This document shows, piece by piece, positions 40,018-49,280 of a stretch of 62,106 bases of DNA. Numbering within the stretch: position 1 is the first letter of the stretch; the number at the start of each line of letters is the position of its first letter. The stretch spans positions 1 through 62,106 of the forward strand of contig CANITX010000001.1 in NCBI GenBank assembly GCA_947470575.1, given 5' to 3'. The stretch is from Rhodospirillales bacterium (GTDB lineage: Bacteria > Pseudomonadota > Alphaproteobacteria > Rhodospirillales > CAMCUA01). The translations under genes were made by a program, and so were the position numbers. The notes beneath the pieces were generated by a model that saw nothing but the letters and a program-made list of their open reading frames with translations, was not told where the DNA came from and searched no databases.

Positions 40018-40719
40018 ATGGTAAACGCCGTTCCTGGCAGCAGCCGTTCGTCGAATGCCTCGGCTATGGGCCGTGAAGAGAAGGCGCTGCGTCAGCGCCT
40101 GATCGATACGTGTCTGAAGATGACGGCGCTTGGCATCAATCAAGGCACATCGGGCAATGTCAGCGTCCGCTGGCGGGACGGCTTGCTGATCACGCCCTCC
40201 GGCATGCCATACGAAGACATGCGGCCGACCGATATTGTCTTCCTTGGCTCCGACGGTACAGTCCAAGGCCGCCAGGAGCCGTCCAGCGAATGGCGTTTCC
40301 ACCGCGATATTTTGGCCGCCCGGCCGGAGGTCGACGCTGTCGTCCATACCCATTCGGTGCATGCCACGGCTGTTGCCATCTGTCGCAAGGCCCTGCCGGC
40401 CGTGCACTACATGATCGGCTTCGTCGGCGGGCCGACCGTCCGCTGCGCGCCGTATGCCACTTTTGGCAGTCAGGAATTGTCGAATCACGCGGTGAAAGCG
40501 CTGAAGGGACGCAATGCCTGCCTGCTCGCCAACCACGGCGTCATTGCCGTCGGACCGACGGTCGACAAGGCTTTGTTTCTGGCTCAGGAGATCGAGGTGC
40601 TGGCGCGTCAGTACATTCTGGCTTTGCAGGTCGGTACGCCGCGAATCCTGCCGGCGGCCGAGATCGCGACGGTGGTCGAAAAATTCAAAAATTACGGTCC
40701 AAAGCCGCGCAAATCTTGA
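40018..40719 (+). CDS. class II aldolase/adducin-family protein
   Basis: GTSGNVSVR, ITPSG, HRDIL...VVHTHS and LLANHGVIAVG. An alternative start is at 40066 (MGREEKAL). Confidence 0.85.
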   Translation: MVNAVPGSSRSSNASAMGREEKALRQRLIDTCLKMTALGINQGTSGNVSVRWRDGLLITPSGMPYEDMRPTDIVFLGSDGTVQGRQEPSSEWRFHRDILAARPEVDAVVHTHSVHATAVAICRKALPAVHYMIGFVGGPTVRCAPYATFGSQELSNHAVKALKGRNACLLANHGVIAVGPTVDKALFLAQEIEVLARQYILALQVGTPRILPAAEIATVVEKFKNYGPKPRKS

Positions 40720-40727
40720 GAAAATTT

Positions 40728-42281
40728 CTAAGCGGGTTCAGCCGGATCGACCGGGATCTCGCAAGTAACCCTCGTACCTCGTCCGGGTGTCGAGGCAAGG
40801 ACGATTTGCCCGCCGTGCATGCCGATAAGTCGCCGCGCCAAAGTCAGTCCCAGCCCAGATCCCGCCGACTCTTCACCAGTAGCCGCCGGTCGGCCTTTCT
40901 CGAAGGGCTCGAATATCCGCTCCCGGTCGGCCTTGGCGATGCCGCTGCCACTATCGCGTACGGACAGTTGCAGGCGGCGGGACGAGCGCTCGGCCGTCAG
41001 GCGGACGGTGCCGCGCGCCGGCGTATGAATCAGGGCATTGTCCAGCAGGTGATGCAGCACCTGCCCCAGTCGCCGGCCATCGGCCCGTATGCAGCCAATA
41101 TCAGGGGGACAATCCAGGTCGAGAATGACGCCTTTGCGCCGCGCCCGTTCGCGAATCAGGGCCAATGCCCGGGCTGCTAAGTCATGGACGTCCATTTCTG
41201 CTATGGTCAATTGCATCTGCCCGGCCTCGATGGCGGCCAGATCAAGAATGTCGCCAAGGATGGTGCAGGCGCCGTTGGCGGCTGTACGGATGGCTTCCGC
41301 ATAGCTCCTTTGCCGAGGGTTTAGGGTGCCGAAAGTTTCTTCGGCCAACAGCTCGGCGTAATCGGCTACCGCGGTCAGAGGGCCGCGCACCTCGTAAGAT
41401 ACGTTGGCAATGAAAGTGGTCTTCGACAAGTCAGCCGTGCGGAGTGCCTCGTCGCGTTCGGCGAGCGCCGACTCGACACGCGCACCATCGGTGACGTCGC
41501 GATGGTTCATCAGCACGGCGCCATCAGGCAAGGGCAACAGGATGCATTCGACGATGCGTCCATCCCGTCGCGTCAGCCGCAACTGTTGTTGGCGCCGTTC
41601 GAGGACGGCACCGGTGAGTTGTTCGCGGCGGTTCGGGTGGCTTGGATCGTGTTCCAATTGGCCATCGAGCAAGGCCGCAACGCGGGTGATGTGGGGCTCG
41701 TGGGCCAGATCGTCTCTCGGGAGATTCCACATGCGGGAAAACGCGAGGTTGGCCAGCTTCAGGCGGCCGTCGCTACCGAAGGCGGCAATGCCGTCTTGTA
41801 GGCTATCCAGGGTAGCTTGGCGTACGGCGGCCTGGGCGTTGTACTGCCGTTCCAGCGTGTAGCGCTGAGTCTGATCCTCGAAGACGAATATCACGCCACC
41901 TTCAGGATGAGGGTGGGCGCTACGTCGCAGCGTGCGGCCGTCCGGCAGGTGCAGAAGCTCGAATCGCGGAGCATCGAGATTTTGAAACAAGGCCACTTGG
42001 CGAGTGCGAAAAGTACGCGGATCGGCCTCCTCGGGCAGCATCCTGCGATCACGTAATCGCTCGATCACAACCAGGAAATCCGGGCGGCTGGAAAGCCACG
42101 CCGGTTCGAGTCCGAATAACTCGGCGAATGCGGTATTGAAACAACGCAAACGGCGCTGTCGGTCGAATACGACGATGCCGGCCGATACGGCTTCCAGAAC
42201 GGGGTCACGCGCCTCTCCGGCAAAGGTTGCCGTGGGGGAAAGCGGCTTGGCTGCCGACGTCGGTTCCTGCGATGCGGTCAC
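40728..42281 (-). CDS. PAS-domain histidine-kinase-like protein with Tyr at the phospho-acceptor position (DivL-like)
   Basis: Several PAS-like segments are followed by a DHp helix FIANVSYEVRGPLTAV, with Tyr where canonical kinases have His. The CA domain has N-box HHLLDNALIHTP, G1 VRDSGSGI and G2 GSGLGLTLARRL. Confidence 0.8.
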   Translation of the reverse strand: MTASQEPTSAAKPLSPTATFAGEARDPVLEAVSAGIVVFDRQRRLRCFNTAFAELFGLEPAWLSSRPDFLVVIERLRDRRMLPEEADPRTFRTRQVALFQNLDAPRFELLHLPDGRTLRRSAHPHPEGGVIFVFEDQTQRYTLERQYNAQAAVRQATLDSLQDGIAAFGSDGRLKLANLAFSRMWNLPRDDLAHEPHITRVAALLDGQLEHDPSHPNRREQLTGAVLERRQQQLRLTRRDGRIVECILLPLPDGAVLMNHRDVTDGARVESALAERDEALRTADLSKTTFIANVSYEVRGPLTAVADYAELLAEETFGTLNPRQRSYAEAIRTAANGACTILGDILDLAAIEAGQMQLTIAEMDVHDLAARALALIRERARRKGVILDLDCPPDIGCIRADGRRLGQVLHHLLDNALIHTPARGTVRLTAERSSRRLQLSVRDSGSGIAKADRERIFEPFEKGRPAATGEESAGSGLGLTLARRLIGMHGGQIVLASTPGRGTRVTCEIPVDPAEPA

Positions 42282-42421
42282 AGGCCAAGCTTACGATCCG
42301 CCTATGCCCCCCGGCAAGCCTAGGCCCAGCGACAACGTTGGCGAAGGCGTTGCCTTGGGCGCAGCCGTAGCCTATGAATCGATGCGGAGAGCATCCACCA
42401 GCCTTGTCGAGGACTTCCAAC

Positions 42422-43036
42422 ATGATCCGTTCTATAGCTGCTGTTGCCCGCAGTTTGTTGGGGGCCGCTGCCGCCATGGCTTTTGCCACCGAGCCCGCGC
42501 TCGCCCATACCGGCATGGGCGCTACCAGTGGGCTTGCTGCCGGCATGATTCATCCGATGGCCGGTCTCGATCATGTGCTTGCGATGGTCACGGTTGGCAT
42601 GCTTGCCAGCCAGCTCGGGGGTCGCGCCCTGTGGCTTGTGCCGTCGACCTTCGTGCTGATCATGGCGTTGGGCGGTGCCGTTCGCACTGTCGGGATCGAT
42701 CTGCCCTTTGTCGAAATCGGCGTTGCGCTTTCGGTCGTCGTGCTGGGAGCTGCCGTGGCCTTGCGGGTGAAGGCGTCGGTGGCGGTTGCCATGGGGCTTG
42801 TCGGCCTGTTCGCTATATTCCACGGGTATGCCCATGGCGGCGAAATGCCGGCGGAAGCCGCGGGTTTGACCTATGGCCTTGGCTTCATGCTGGCCACCGC
42901 GGGGCTGCACGGTCTGGGTATCGGCCTCCACTTCCTTACCAGCCAAGTGGCGAAAGCGCGGAGCGTTATGATTGTGCGGTTGGCCGGCGTAGCCGTCGCT
43001 GTGACTGGATTGGGCATCCTTACCGGCGCGACCTAA
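42422..43036 (+). CDS. hupE: HupE/UreJ-family Ni/Co transporter
   Basis: Signal peptide ...ATEPALA followed by HTGMG, so the mature N-terminus is a His. Family motifs HPMAGLDH and FAIFHGYAHG are present. About six TM helices. Confidence 0.85.
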   Translation: MIRSIAAVARSLLGAAAAMAFATEPALAHTGMGATSGLAAGMIHPMAGLDHVLAMVTVGMLASQLGGRALWLVPSTFVLIMALGGAVRTVGIDLPFVEIGVALSVVVLGAAVALRVKASVAVAMGLVGLFAIFHGYAHGGEMPAEAAGLTYGLGFMLATAGLHGLGIGLHFLTSQVAKARSVMIVRLAGVAVAVTGLGILTGAT

Positions 43037-43065
43037 CCCTTGCCGCCTGACTCGTCGGCAAATAC

Positions 43066-43098
43066 GAAAAAGGGCCGCACAACGATGCGGCCCTTTCC
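43066..43098. terminator. bidirectional rho-independent terminator between hupE and ahcY
   Basis: Perfect 11-bp stem AAAGGGCCGCA / TGCGGCCCTTT (43069-43079 / 43086-43096) with a 6-nt loop, flanked by an A-run and a T-run. Confidence 0.7.
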
Positions 43099-43121
43099 AT
43101 ATCGAATGGCGCGTCGTCGAC

Positions 43122-44417
43122 TCAGTAGCGGTAAGCCTCCGGCTTGAACGGCCCCTGCTGCTCAACGCTGATGTACTCGGCCTGTTCGGTAGACAGTTGT
43201 GTCAACTTCGCGCCAAGCTTGCCAAGATGCAGGCGAGCTACTTTCTCATCCAGGTGCTTGGGCAGTACGTAGACCTTGTTCTCATAGCTCTTGTGATTGC
43301 TCCACAACTCCATCTGCGCCAACACTTGGTTGGTGAAAGACGCGCTCATCACGAAGCTGGGGTGGCCGGTGCCGCAGCCCAGGTTGACCAGCCGGCCTTC
43401 CGCCAAAACGATCAGCCGCTTGCCGTCAGGGAATTCGACTTCGTCGACCTGCGGCTTGACGTTGTGCCACTTGTAATTGCGCAAGGCTCCGATTTGGATT
43501 TCCGAATCGAAGTGGCCGATGTTGCAGACGATGGCCCGGTCCTTCATCTCGCGCATGTGGTCGAGCGTGATGACGTCGATGTTGCCGGTGCAGGTGACGA
43601 AGATGTCGCCGACCGGTGCCATGTCTTCCATGGTCGCTACCTCGTAGCCTTCCATCGCGGCCTGCAAGGCGCAGATCGGATCGATTTCGGTGACCGTGAC
43701 GCGGGCACCCTGGCTGCGCAGCGATGCTGCCGAACCTTTGCCGACGTCGCCGTAACCGCAGACGACGGCACGCTTGCCGGCCATCATCACATCGGTTGCC
43801 CGCTTGATGCCGTCGACCAGGCTTTCACGGCAACCGTATAGGTTGTCGAACTTCGACTTGGTGACCGAGTCGTTGACGTTGATCGCCGGTACCTTGAGAT
43901 TGCCCTTCTTGGCCATCTCATAGAGGCGATGGACGCCAGTGGTGGTTTCCTCCGACAGGCCGCGTACGTCTTTTAGCAATTTCTGATGTTTCTCGTGCAT
44001 GAGAACGGTCAGGTCACCGCCGTCATCGAGGATCATGTTGGGATGCCAGCCGCCCGGACCTTCAATGGTTCGCTCGATGCACCACCAGAACTCTTCTTCG
44101 TTCTCGCCCTTCCAGGCGAAGACGGGAACGCCGGTGGCGGCGATGGCCGCCGCCGCTTGGTCCTGAGTCGAGAAGATATTGCACGAACTCCAGCGCACCT
44201 CGGCGCCCAGCGCTGTTAGCGTCTCGATCAGCACGGCCGTTTGGATGGTCATATGCAGGCAACCGGCGATGCGGGCGCCCTTCAGCGGCTTCTTCTTGCC
44301 ATACTCTGCGCGCAGGGCCATCAGCCCCGGCATCTCGGTCTCGGCAATAGCGATTTCCTTGCGGCCCCAATCGGCCAGCGAGATGTCGGCAACCTTAAAG
44401 TCGGCAGACTTGCTCAT
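43122..44417 (-). CDS. ahcY: adenosylhomocysteinase
   Basis: [56 protein letters not shown] and the C-terminal YRY. Start at MSKSADF. Confidence 0.95.
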   Translation of the reverse strand: MSKSADFKVADISLADWGRKEIAIAETEMPGLMALRAEYGKKKPLKGARIAGCLHMTIQTAVLIETLTALGAEVRWSSCNIFSTQDQAAAAIAATGVPVFAWKGENEEEFWWCIERTIEGPGGWHPNMILDDGGDLTVLMHEKHQKLLKDVRGLSEETTTGVHRLYEMAKKGNLKVPAINVNDSVTKSKFDNLYGCRESLVDGIKRATDVMMAGKRAVVCGYGDVGKGSAASLRSQGARVTVTEIDPICALQAAMEGYEVATMEDMAPVGDIFVTCTGNIDVITLDHMREMKDRAIVCNIGHFDSEIQIGALRNYKWHNVKPQVDEVEFPDGKRLIVLAEGRLVNLGCGTGHPSFVMSASFTNQVLAQMELWSNHKSYENKVYVLPKHLDEKVARLHLGKLGAKLTQLSTEQAEYISVEQQGPFKPEAYRY

Positions 44418-44530
44418 CGGAGCCTCTCGTTCGTGACGGGGAATATCTGACATTAAATAGGGTCCGCTGTTTAGCAACCCGCGGACGTTACCGCAAGGAT
44501 ACGGCTGGATAGTAGGCGGCAAGGCGTTGG

Positions 44531-44833
44531 CTAGTCTTCGTCGAAGCCGCATTCGACGAGGGCACAAAGCGCTTCCAGGGCGGCTTCTGCGTCAACCCCC
44601 ACAGCCGAAATTTCGATCTCCACCCCTGTGCCCGCCGCCAGCATCATGAGGCCAAGGATGGACAGGCCGCCAACCGACTGACCGCCGCGCGTAACCGTGA
44701 CCCGGGCCGTGTAACGACCGGCCAGTTTGACGAATCGTGCGGCCGCCCGGGCGTGCAGGCCCTTCTGATTGCACACGGTCACGACGCGACGCGCGGCTGT
44801 TGCCGGTGTGTCCAGCGGCAATCCCTCGGCCAT
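44531..44833 (-). CDS. ptsH: HPr-family phosphocarrier protein (NPr-like)
   Basis: [13 protein letters not shown] (active-site His) and [11 protein letters not shown] (regulatory Ser region). Confidence 0.9.
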   Translation of the reverse strand: MAEGLPLDTPATAARRVVTVCNQKGLHARAAARFVKLAGRYTARVTVTRGGQSVGGLSILGLMMLAAGTGVEIEISAVGVDAEAALEALCALVECGFDED

Positions 44834-45240
44834 CAGGTCTTTTCCTGGATCAGCAGCTGCGAGGCGATATTGATGTATTTACGTCCGGCCTCCTGTGCCT
44901 TTTGGGTGGCTTCGGTAAGAGAGTCGCTGCGCCGCACGCTGGCCAACTTCACCAACATGGGGAGATTGACCCCTGCGATGACCTCGACTTTGGCCTTTTC
45001 CATGATCGAGATCGCCAAGTTGGAAGGCGTGCCGCCGAACATGTCGGTTAACAAAACGACACCCTCGCCGCTATCGGCAGCGGCTACGCTTTCCAATATC
45101 TGCCCGCGCCGCGCTTCCATATCGTCCTCTGGGCCGATGCAGACGGCGCCGATCTGTGTCTGCGGACCAACCACATGCACCAGTGCCGCGATCAGTTCCT
45201 CGGCCAGTCTGCCGTGAGTCACCAACACCATTCCAATCAT
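44833..45240 (-). CDS. PTS EIIA component, mannose family
   Basis: MIGMVLVTHGRLAEEL (active-site His near the N-terminus) and LLTDMFGGTPSN. Its stop overlaps the HPr start by 1 nt. Confidence 0.85.
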   Translation of the reverse strand: MIGMVLVTHGRLAEELIAALVHVVGPQTQIGAVCIGPEDDMEARRGQILESVAAADSGEGVVLLTDMFGGTPSNLAISIMEKAKVEVIAGVNLPMLVKLASVRRSDSLTEATQKAQEAGRKYINIASQLLIQEKT

Positions 45241-45270
45241 GCGAAAACCTCTGCATGTACCGCCGCCCAC

Positions 45271-46191
45271 TTATGCAGCGGCTCGGTCCATGTCCCTGTG
45301 GCTGATATGTACGTGCCTGCCTTGCGCTAAGAGCCAAGCGGCCAACTCCTCGGCGACGAATACCGAGCGGTGCCGGCCCCCGGTGCAGCCCACGGCGATG
45401 GTCAAGTAGCTTTTGCCCTCCGCTACGTAACGCGGCAGCAATGGCTGCAAGAGGCCGGTCAAGCTGGCAAAAAAAGTGGCGTATCCAGAATCCTTGCGGA
45501 TGTAGTCTCCCACGGCTGGGTCGCGCCCTGTCTGCGGGCGCAACTCGGGTACATAGTGTGGATTTCGCAGGAAACGGACGTCGAAAACCAGATCGGCGAC
45601 ACGTGGCAACCCACGGGAAAAGCTGAACGAGGTTACGAAAATGGAAAGGTCTCCGCCCGTGTCCAGGCCGTAGTGGGTCTGTAGGATGCGCTTCAGCTCA
45701 CCCGGACTGATTCCCGTCGTATCGATAATCAAGTCAGCGTGTTCGCGCAGGCCTGCCAGCAGGCGCCGTTCCAAGCCGATGCCGTCGCTCACCGGGCGGT
45801 CTCCCGCCAAGGGATGGCGATGGCGGGTTTCGACGTAGCGCCGGCGTAACTCGTCATTGTCGCATTCCAGAAACACCATGTTGACGTCGACATTGCCGCT
45901 GGCGGCGATGCGTGTCAGGTGCTGCAGGAACGAATCGGCGGAAAACTCTCGCGTGCGAACGTCAGCGCCAACGGCCAAGGGTCGATCCGGTCGTCCATCG
46001 GCGAATTCGGGAGGGGGGGCCACCAATCCGGGCAGAAGCGACAAGGGGATATTGTCCACGGCCTCGTAGCCCAGGTCTTCGAGGGCTTTGAGGGCCGAAG
46101 TGCGCCCCGCGCCCGACATGCCGGTGACCAGGATGATCCTGGCCCGCTTCTTGGCGGCATCGGCGCCGGGCTGCTGCGGGTTCATAGTCAT
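45271..46191 (-). CDS. rapZ: RNase adapter protein RapZ (YhbJ)
   Basis: LVTGMSGAGRTSALKALEDLGYEAVDN (P-loop), FDVRFLRNPHY and IAVGCTGGRHRSV. Confidence 0.9.
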   Translation of the reverse strand: MTMNPQQPGADAAKKRARIILVTGMSGAGRTSALKALEDLGYEAVDNIPLSLLPGLVAPPPEFADGRPDRPLAVGADVRTREFSADSFLQHLTRIAASGNVDVNMVFLECDNDELRRRYVETRHRHPLAGDRPVSDGIGLERRLLAGLREHADLIIDTTGISPGELKRILQTHYGLDTGGDLSIFVTSFSFSRGLPRVADLVFDVRFLRNPHYVPELRPQTGRDPAVGDYIRKDSGYATFFASLTGLLQPLLPRYVAEGKSYLTIAVGCTGGRHRSVFVAEELAAWLLAQGRHVHISHRDMDRAAA

Positions 46192-46676
46192 GGCAGGGGG
46201 GTAATCTCGCCAATGGCGACACGCATCGCCATGCGGACCTTGGCGGGTGCCGAAGATTCAAATGCGGCCAACCGGGTCGCCGGCAGGACGATGCCTTCTA
46301 AAGTGATTGTTCGCTGCTCGGGCAGTCGCTCGACCGTCTCGTTCGTACCGATCAGGTCGACCACACAAAAGACCTGGGCCCGCGCTCGATAGGCGATGTT
46401 CAAGATGCCGATGCCACGTGCTTCCAACAAACCGACCAGTGCTTGGGGCGCGGCCGCATACAGCCGCTCATCTTCCGTGCTCAACTCAACCCGGTCGTCG
46501 GCAACAAGTTCGGCGCCGTCATCGATGAGCCGCAACGCCAGATCGGATTTTCCAGCTCCGGATGGTCCTCTGAGTACAACTCCGCGGCCGTCCAGCGCCA
46601 CGCATGAAGCGTGAATCTGCGTCATTCCAGCTTTCCCCCGCTCGTCCCCCGCGAAGCCTGAAGCCTGATTCATCAC
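46188..46676 (-). CDS. hprK: HPr kinase/phosphorylase, short alphaproteobacterial form lacking the N-terminal domain
   Basis: IHASCVALDGRGVVLRGPSGAGKSDLALRLI...LVADD...LEARGIGIL. Its stop overlaps the rapZ start (ATGA). An alternative start is at 46625. Confidence 0.85.
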   Translation of the reverse strand: MMNQASGFAGDERGKAGMTQIHASCVALDGRGVVLRGPSGAGKSDLALRLIDDGAELVADDRVELSTEDERLYAAAPQALVGLLEARGIGILNIAYRARAQVFCVVDLIGTNETVERLPEQRTITLEGIVLPATRLAAFESSAPAKVRMAMRVAIGEITPLP

Positions 46677-46726
46677 AAGTCAAAGCAAACTTTACCGCAG
46701 CGCAACATGCCCATCCGGCGAAAGTC

Positions 46727-48397
46727 TCAGGCCAGGGGTAACCGGGAAGTAAATCGTGCACCGACAACGCTTCCGTCGGGACCAATGCAGTTTCTAGCCT
46801 CCAGACTACCGCCATGTGCGTGAATAATCTGGCGTGAAATACTTAGGCCCAAACCGGAATGGGTGCCGAAGGCCTCGCCTGTTGGCCGTTCGGAATAGAA
46901 GCGCTCGAATATTTCTTCTTCCTTCCCCGGGGGGATCCCGGGCCCTTGGTCATCCACGTCGACGACCGCTTCGTTCCCTTTTCGATAGGTCCGTAAGATA
47001 ATTGTACCGCCTGGCGGGCTGAACGATTGGGCGTTGGCGATCAGATTTCGGAAAACCTGAACCAAACGCCCTTCCAGGGCGTTGACAACAATGGGCACGC
47101 CCTCCGGTAGTTCCAGGGCGATACTGACCGGTGCTGTTTCCGCTGCCCTATCTCCGTTGCCCTTGCCGGTGGCGTTTCCGCGTAAGGCGCCCGTCGTCTG
47201 ATAAATGTCGGCAAGTGTCGTAAGCATGGCGACGATATCGACAGGCTCGGTTTCGGCGCGCGACAGCTCGGCATCCAGGCGGGACGCATCGGATATGTCG
47301 CTAATCAGCCGGTCGAGGCGTTTCACGTCGGCGACGATGATGTCCATCAGCTGGCGCAATTGCGCCGGTTCGGTGACGCGGGCTGCTGTTTCGACCGCAC
47401 TGCGTAGCGAGGTCAGAGGATTCTTGATTTCATGGGCAACATCGGCCGCAAAGCGCTCGATGCCGTCCATGCGCAGCCATATGGCTTCGGTCATGGCACG
47501 TAGGGCCCGTGCCAAGTCGCCGATCTCGTCATTGCGGCCGGCAAAGTCGGGAATGCTATAGCGGCGATTGAGGCCATTGCGAACCCGGGCGGCGGCGGCT
47601 GACAGGCGGCGAATGGGACGGGCGATGCTGCTTGCCAGATAGATCGATAGCCCGATCGTGATGGTCAGGGCCACGGCGAAGACTTGCAAGACCCCGATCC
47701 GCACCTCCAACATAGCTAAATCGATCTCGCGCGATCCTTTCGATAGCATCAGGCCGCCCAATACCTGCTTGTAACGTTGAACGGGCACGGCGACGTTCAA
47801 TACCAGACTGCCGTCCCGGGCGCGCTGCACGGATGTCGATGTTTCTCCGGACAGGGCATGGATGGTGCCCGGATAATCCTGGGCGCGCTGAGAGGACGTG
47901 TCCTGGTCGAGCGCATATTCCAAGGTACCTGAAAAGAAGCGGGCCAGAGCGTTATACAGCTTCGACGTGGATACCTGTGGGGCCGCGATGGTCCCTTCCT
48001 CCCTATTCGGGGGGGGCAGTTCGCGAATCTCGATGGTACCGCTCGGGCTCAACAAGACGCGGCTGTCGGCGATCAGAACGCCATCCGGGGCAAACAATCG
48101 GGCGCGTGTCCGGGTGGTCACGGCGAGACGCCGTACCATTTCTCGCGCCGGTATGCTCAGCAGCTCGGGACTACCAGCGGTTTCGGCCGTCGCCCCCTCA
48201 CCCAAAGCGGCTGCTACCATGTCCGCTTGGATGGTCAGGGAGGCGAGTTGGGCGTCGATTAATCCGCGTTGATACTGGCCGTGGTAAAGCAAACCGGCGA
48301 CCAGCGTGGCCAGGGCAAGAAAATTCACCGCCAGCACGCGCAACGTGATGCGCGATATGCGCCATCGCCGGGCCGATCGATGTGCGGCGCCGTTCAT
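46727..48397 (-). CDS. chvG: sensor histidine kinase, ChvG/ExoS/BvrS type
   Basis: Two TM helices flank a periplasmic domain, followed by HAMP, the H-box FAADVAHEIKNPLTSL, and the CA motifs DDQGPGI and GLGLSISRQI. It lies immediately downstream of chvI. Confidence 0.85.
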   Translation of the reverse strand: MNGAAHRSARRWRISRITLRVLAVNFLALATLVAGLLYHGQYQRGLIDAQLASLTIQADMVAAALGEGATAETAGSPELLSIPAREMVRRLAVTTRTRARLFAPDGVLIADSRVLLSPSGTIEIRELPPPNREEGTIAAPQVSTSKLYNALARFFSGTLEYALDQDTSSQRAQDYPGTIHALSGETSTSVQRARDGSLVLNVAVPVQRYKQVLGGLMLSKGSREIDLAMLEVRIGVLQVFAVALTITIGLSIYLASSIARPIRRLSAAAARVRNGLNRRYSIPDFAGRNDEIGDLARALRAMTEAIWLRMDGIERFAADVAHEIKNPLTSLRSAVETAARVTEPAQLRQLMDIIVADVKRLDRLISDISDASRLDAELSRAETEPVDIVAMLTTLADIYQTTGALRGNATGKGNGDRAAETAPVSIALELPEGVPIVVNALEGRLVQVFRNLIANAQSFSPPGGTIILRTYRKGNEAVVDVDDQGPGIPPGKEEEIFERFYSERPTGEAFGTHSGLGLSISRQIIHAHGGSLEARNCIGPDGSVVGARFTSRLPLA

Positions 48398-48446
48398 CCT
48401 ATCCTCGGTCCCCGCGGGTCGCTGATTGTCGGCGGTGCGGTCTCAA

Positions 48447-49139
48447 TCACGCGTCGCGGTAACGATAGCCCACGCCGTACAGGGTTTCGATCTCTGAAAA
48501 ATCAGTGTCCACCTTACGGAATTTTTTTCGTAACCGCTTGATATGACTATCGATGGTGCGGTCATCAACATAGATATTTTCGCCATAGGCCGAATCGATC
48601 AACTGGTCGCGGCTTTTGACGTGACCGGGGCGTCGGGCCAATCCCTGCAGCAGCAAAAACTCGGTTACGGTCAGATCCACCGCTTTCCCCTTCCAGGTAC
48701 ACAAATGACGGTCGGGGTCCAAGGTCAGATCGCCGCGCTGCAGGGAGCCTTCGCTGCCGGCCTCGCCGCTGCTGCGGTCGCGCCGGCGTAGAACCGCGCG
48801 GATACGCTCGATCAACAGGCGTTGGGAGAAGGGCTTGCGAATATAATCGTCGGCGCCGACCCGCAGCCCTAGCAATTCATCCACCTCCTCATCCTTCGAG
48901 GTCAGGAAGATGACAGGAATCTCGCTTTTCTTGCGTAGCCGCGTCAGCAATTCCATACCGTCGAGGCGTGGCATCTTGATGTCGAACACGGCGAGATCGG
49001 CCGGGTCGCGGCTGAGCTCGTCAAGGGCCTGGGTGCTGTCCGAGTAGGTACGCACCTTGAACCCTTCCGCTTCCAGCGCCATTGAAATCGAGGCCAGGAT
49101 GTTGCGGTCGTCGTCCACCAAGGCGATGGTAGGAGGCAT
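48447..49139 (-). CDS. chvI: OmpR-family response regulator, ChvI/BvrR type
   Basis: [11 protein letters not shown]...[14 protein letters not shown]...FLTSK... plus a winged-helix C-terminus (LYGVGYRY). Start at MPPTIALV. Confidence 0.9.
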   Translation of the reverse strand: MPPTIALVDDDRNILASISMALEAEGFKVRTYSDSTQALDELSRDPADLAVFDIKMPRLDGMELLTRLRKKSEIPVIFLTSKDEEVDELLGLRVGADDYIRKPFSQRLLIERIRAVLRRRDRSSGEAGSEGSLQRGDLTLDPDRHLCTWKGKAVDLTVTEFLLLQGLARRPGHVKSRDQLIDSAYGENIYVDDRTIDSHIKRLRKKFRKVDTDFSEIETLYGVGYRYRDA

Positions 49140-49280
49140 ACTTATTCCTCGATCAAAGGGGGTACCTGTCTTCTCGATCCGATTGGGAGCGACAGAACTA
49201 ATATGGGGATTGAATTCATGCATATCGAGACGACTTTCTTATTTGATGCGGGCAATATGGCGAAATTATAGCTTGGAAGC

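Noticed and set aside
42282-42421. Possible cobalamin or NiCo riboswitch upstream of hupE.
   Set aside because: I could not find a B12 box (AGYCMGG.GACCKGCC-like) or the other conserved cores. The spacer is only 140 nt and is shared with the divergent kinase gene. A covariance-model scan would settle it.
44418-44530. Possible SAH riboswitch in the 113-nt leader of ahcY.
   Set aside because: The conserved SAH-element cores (GAGGAGCGCUGC, AGGCUCGG, AACGGCGCUCA) are absent from the minus-strand leader.
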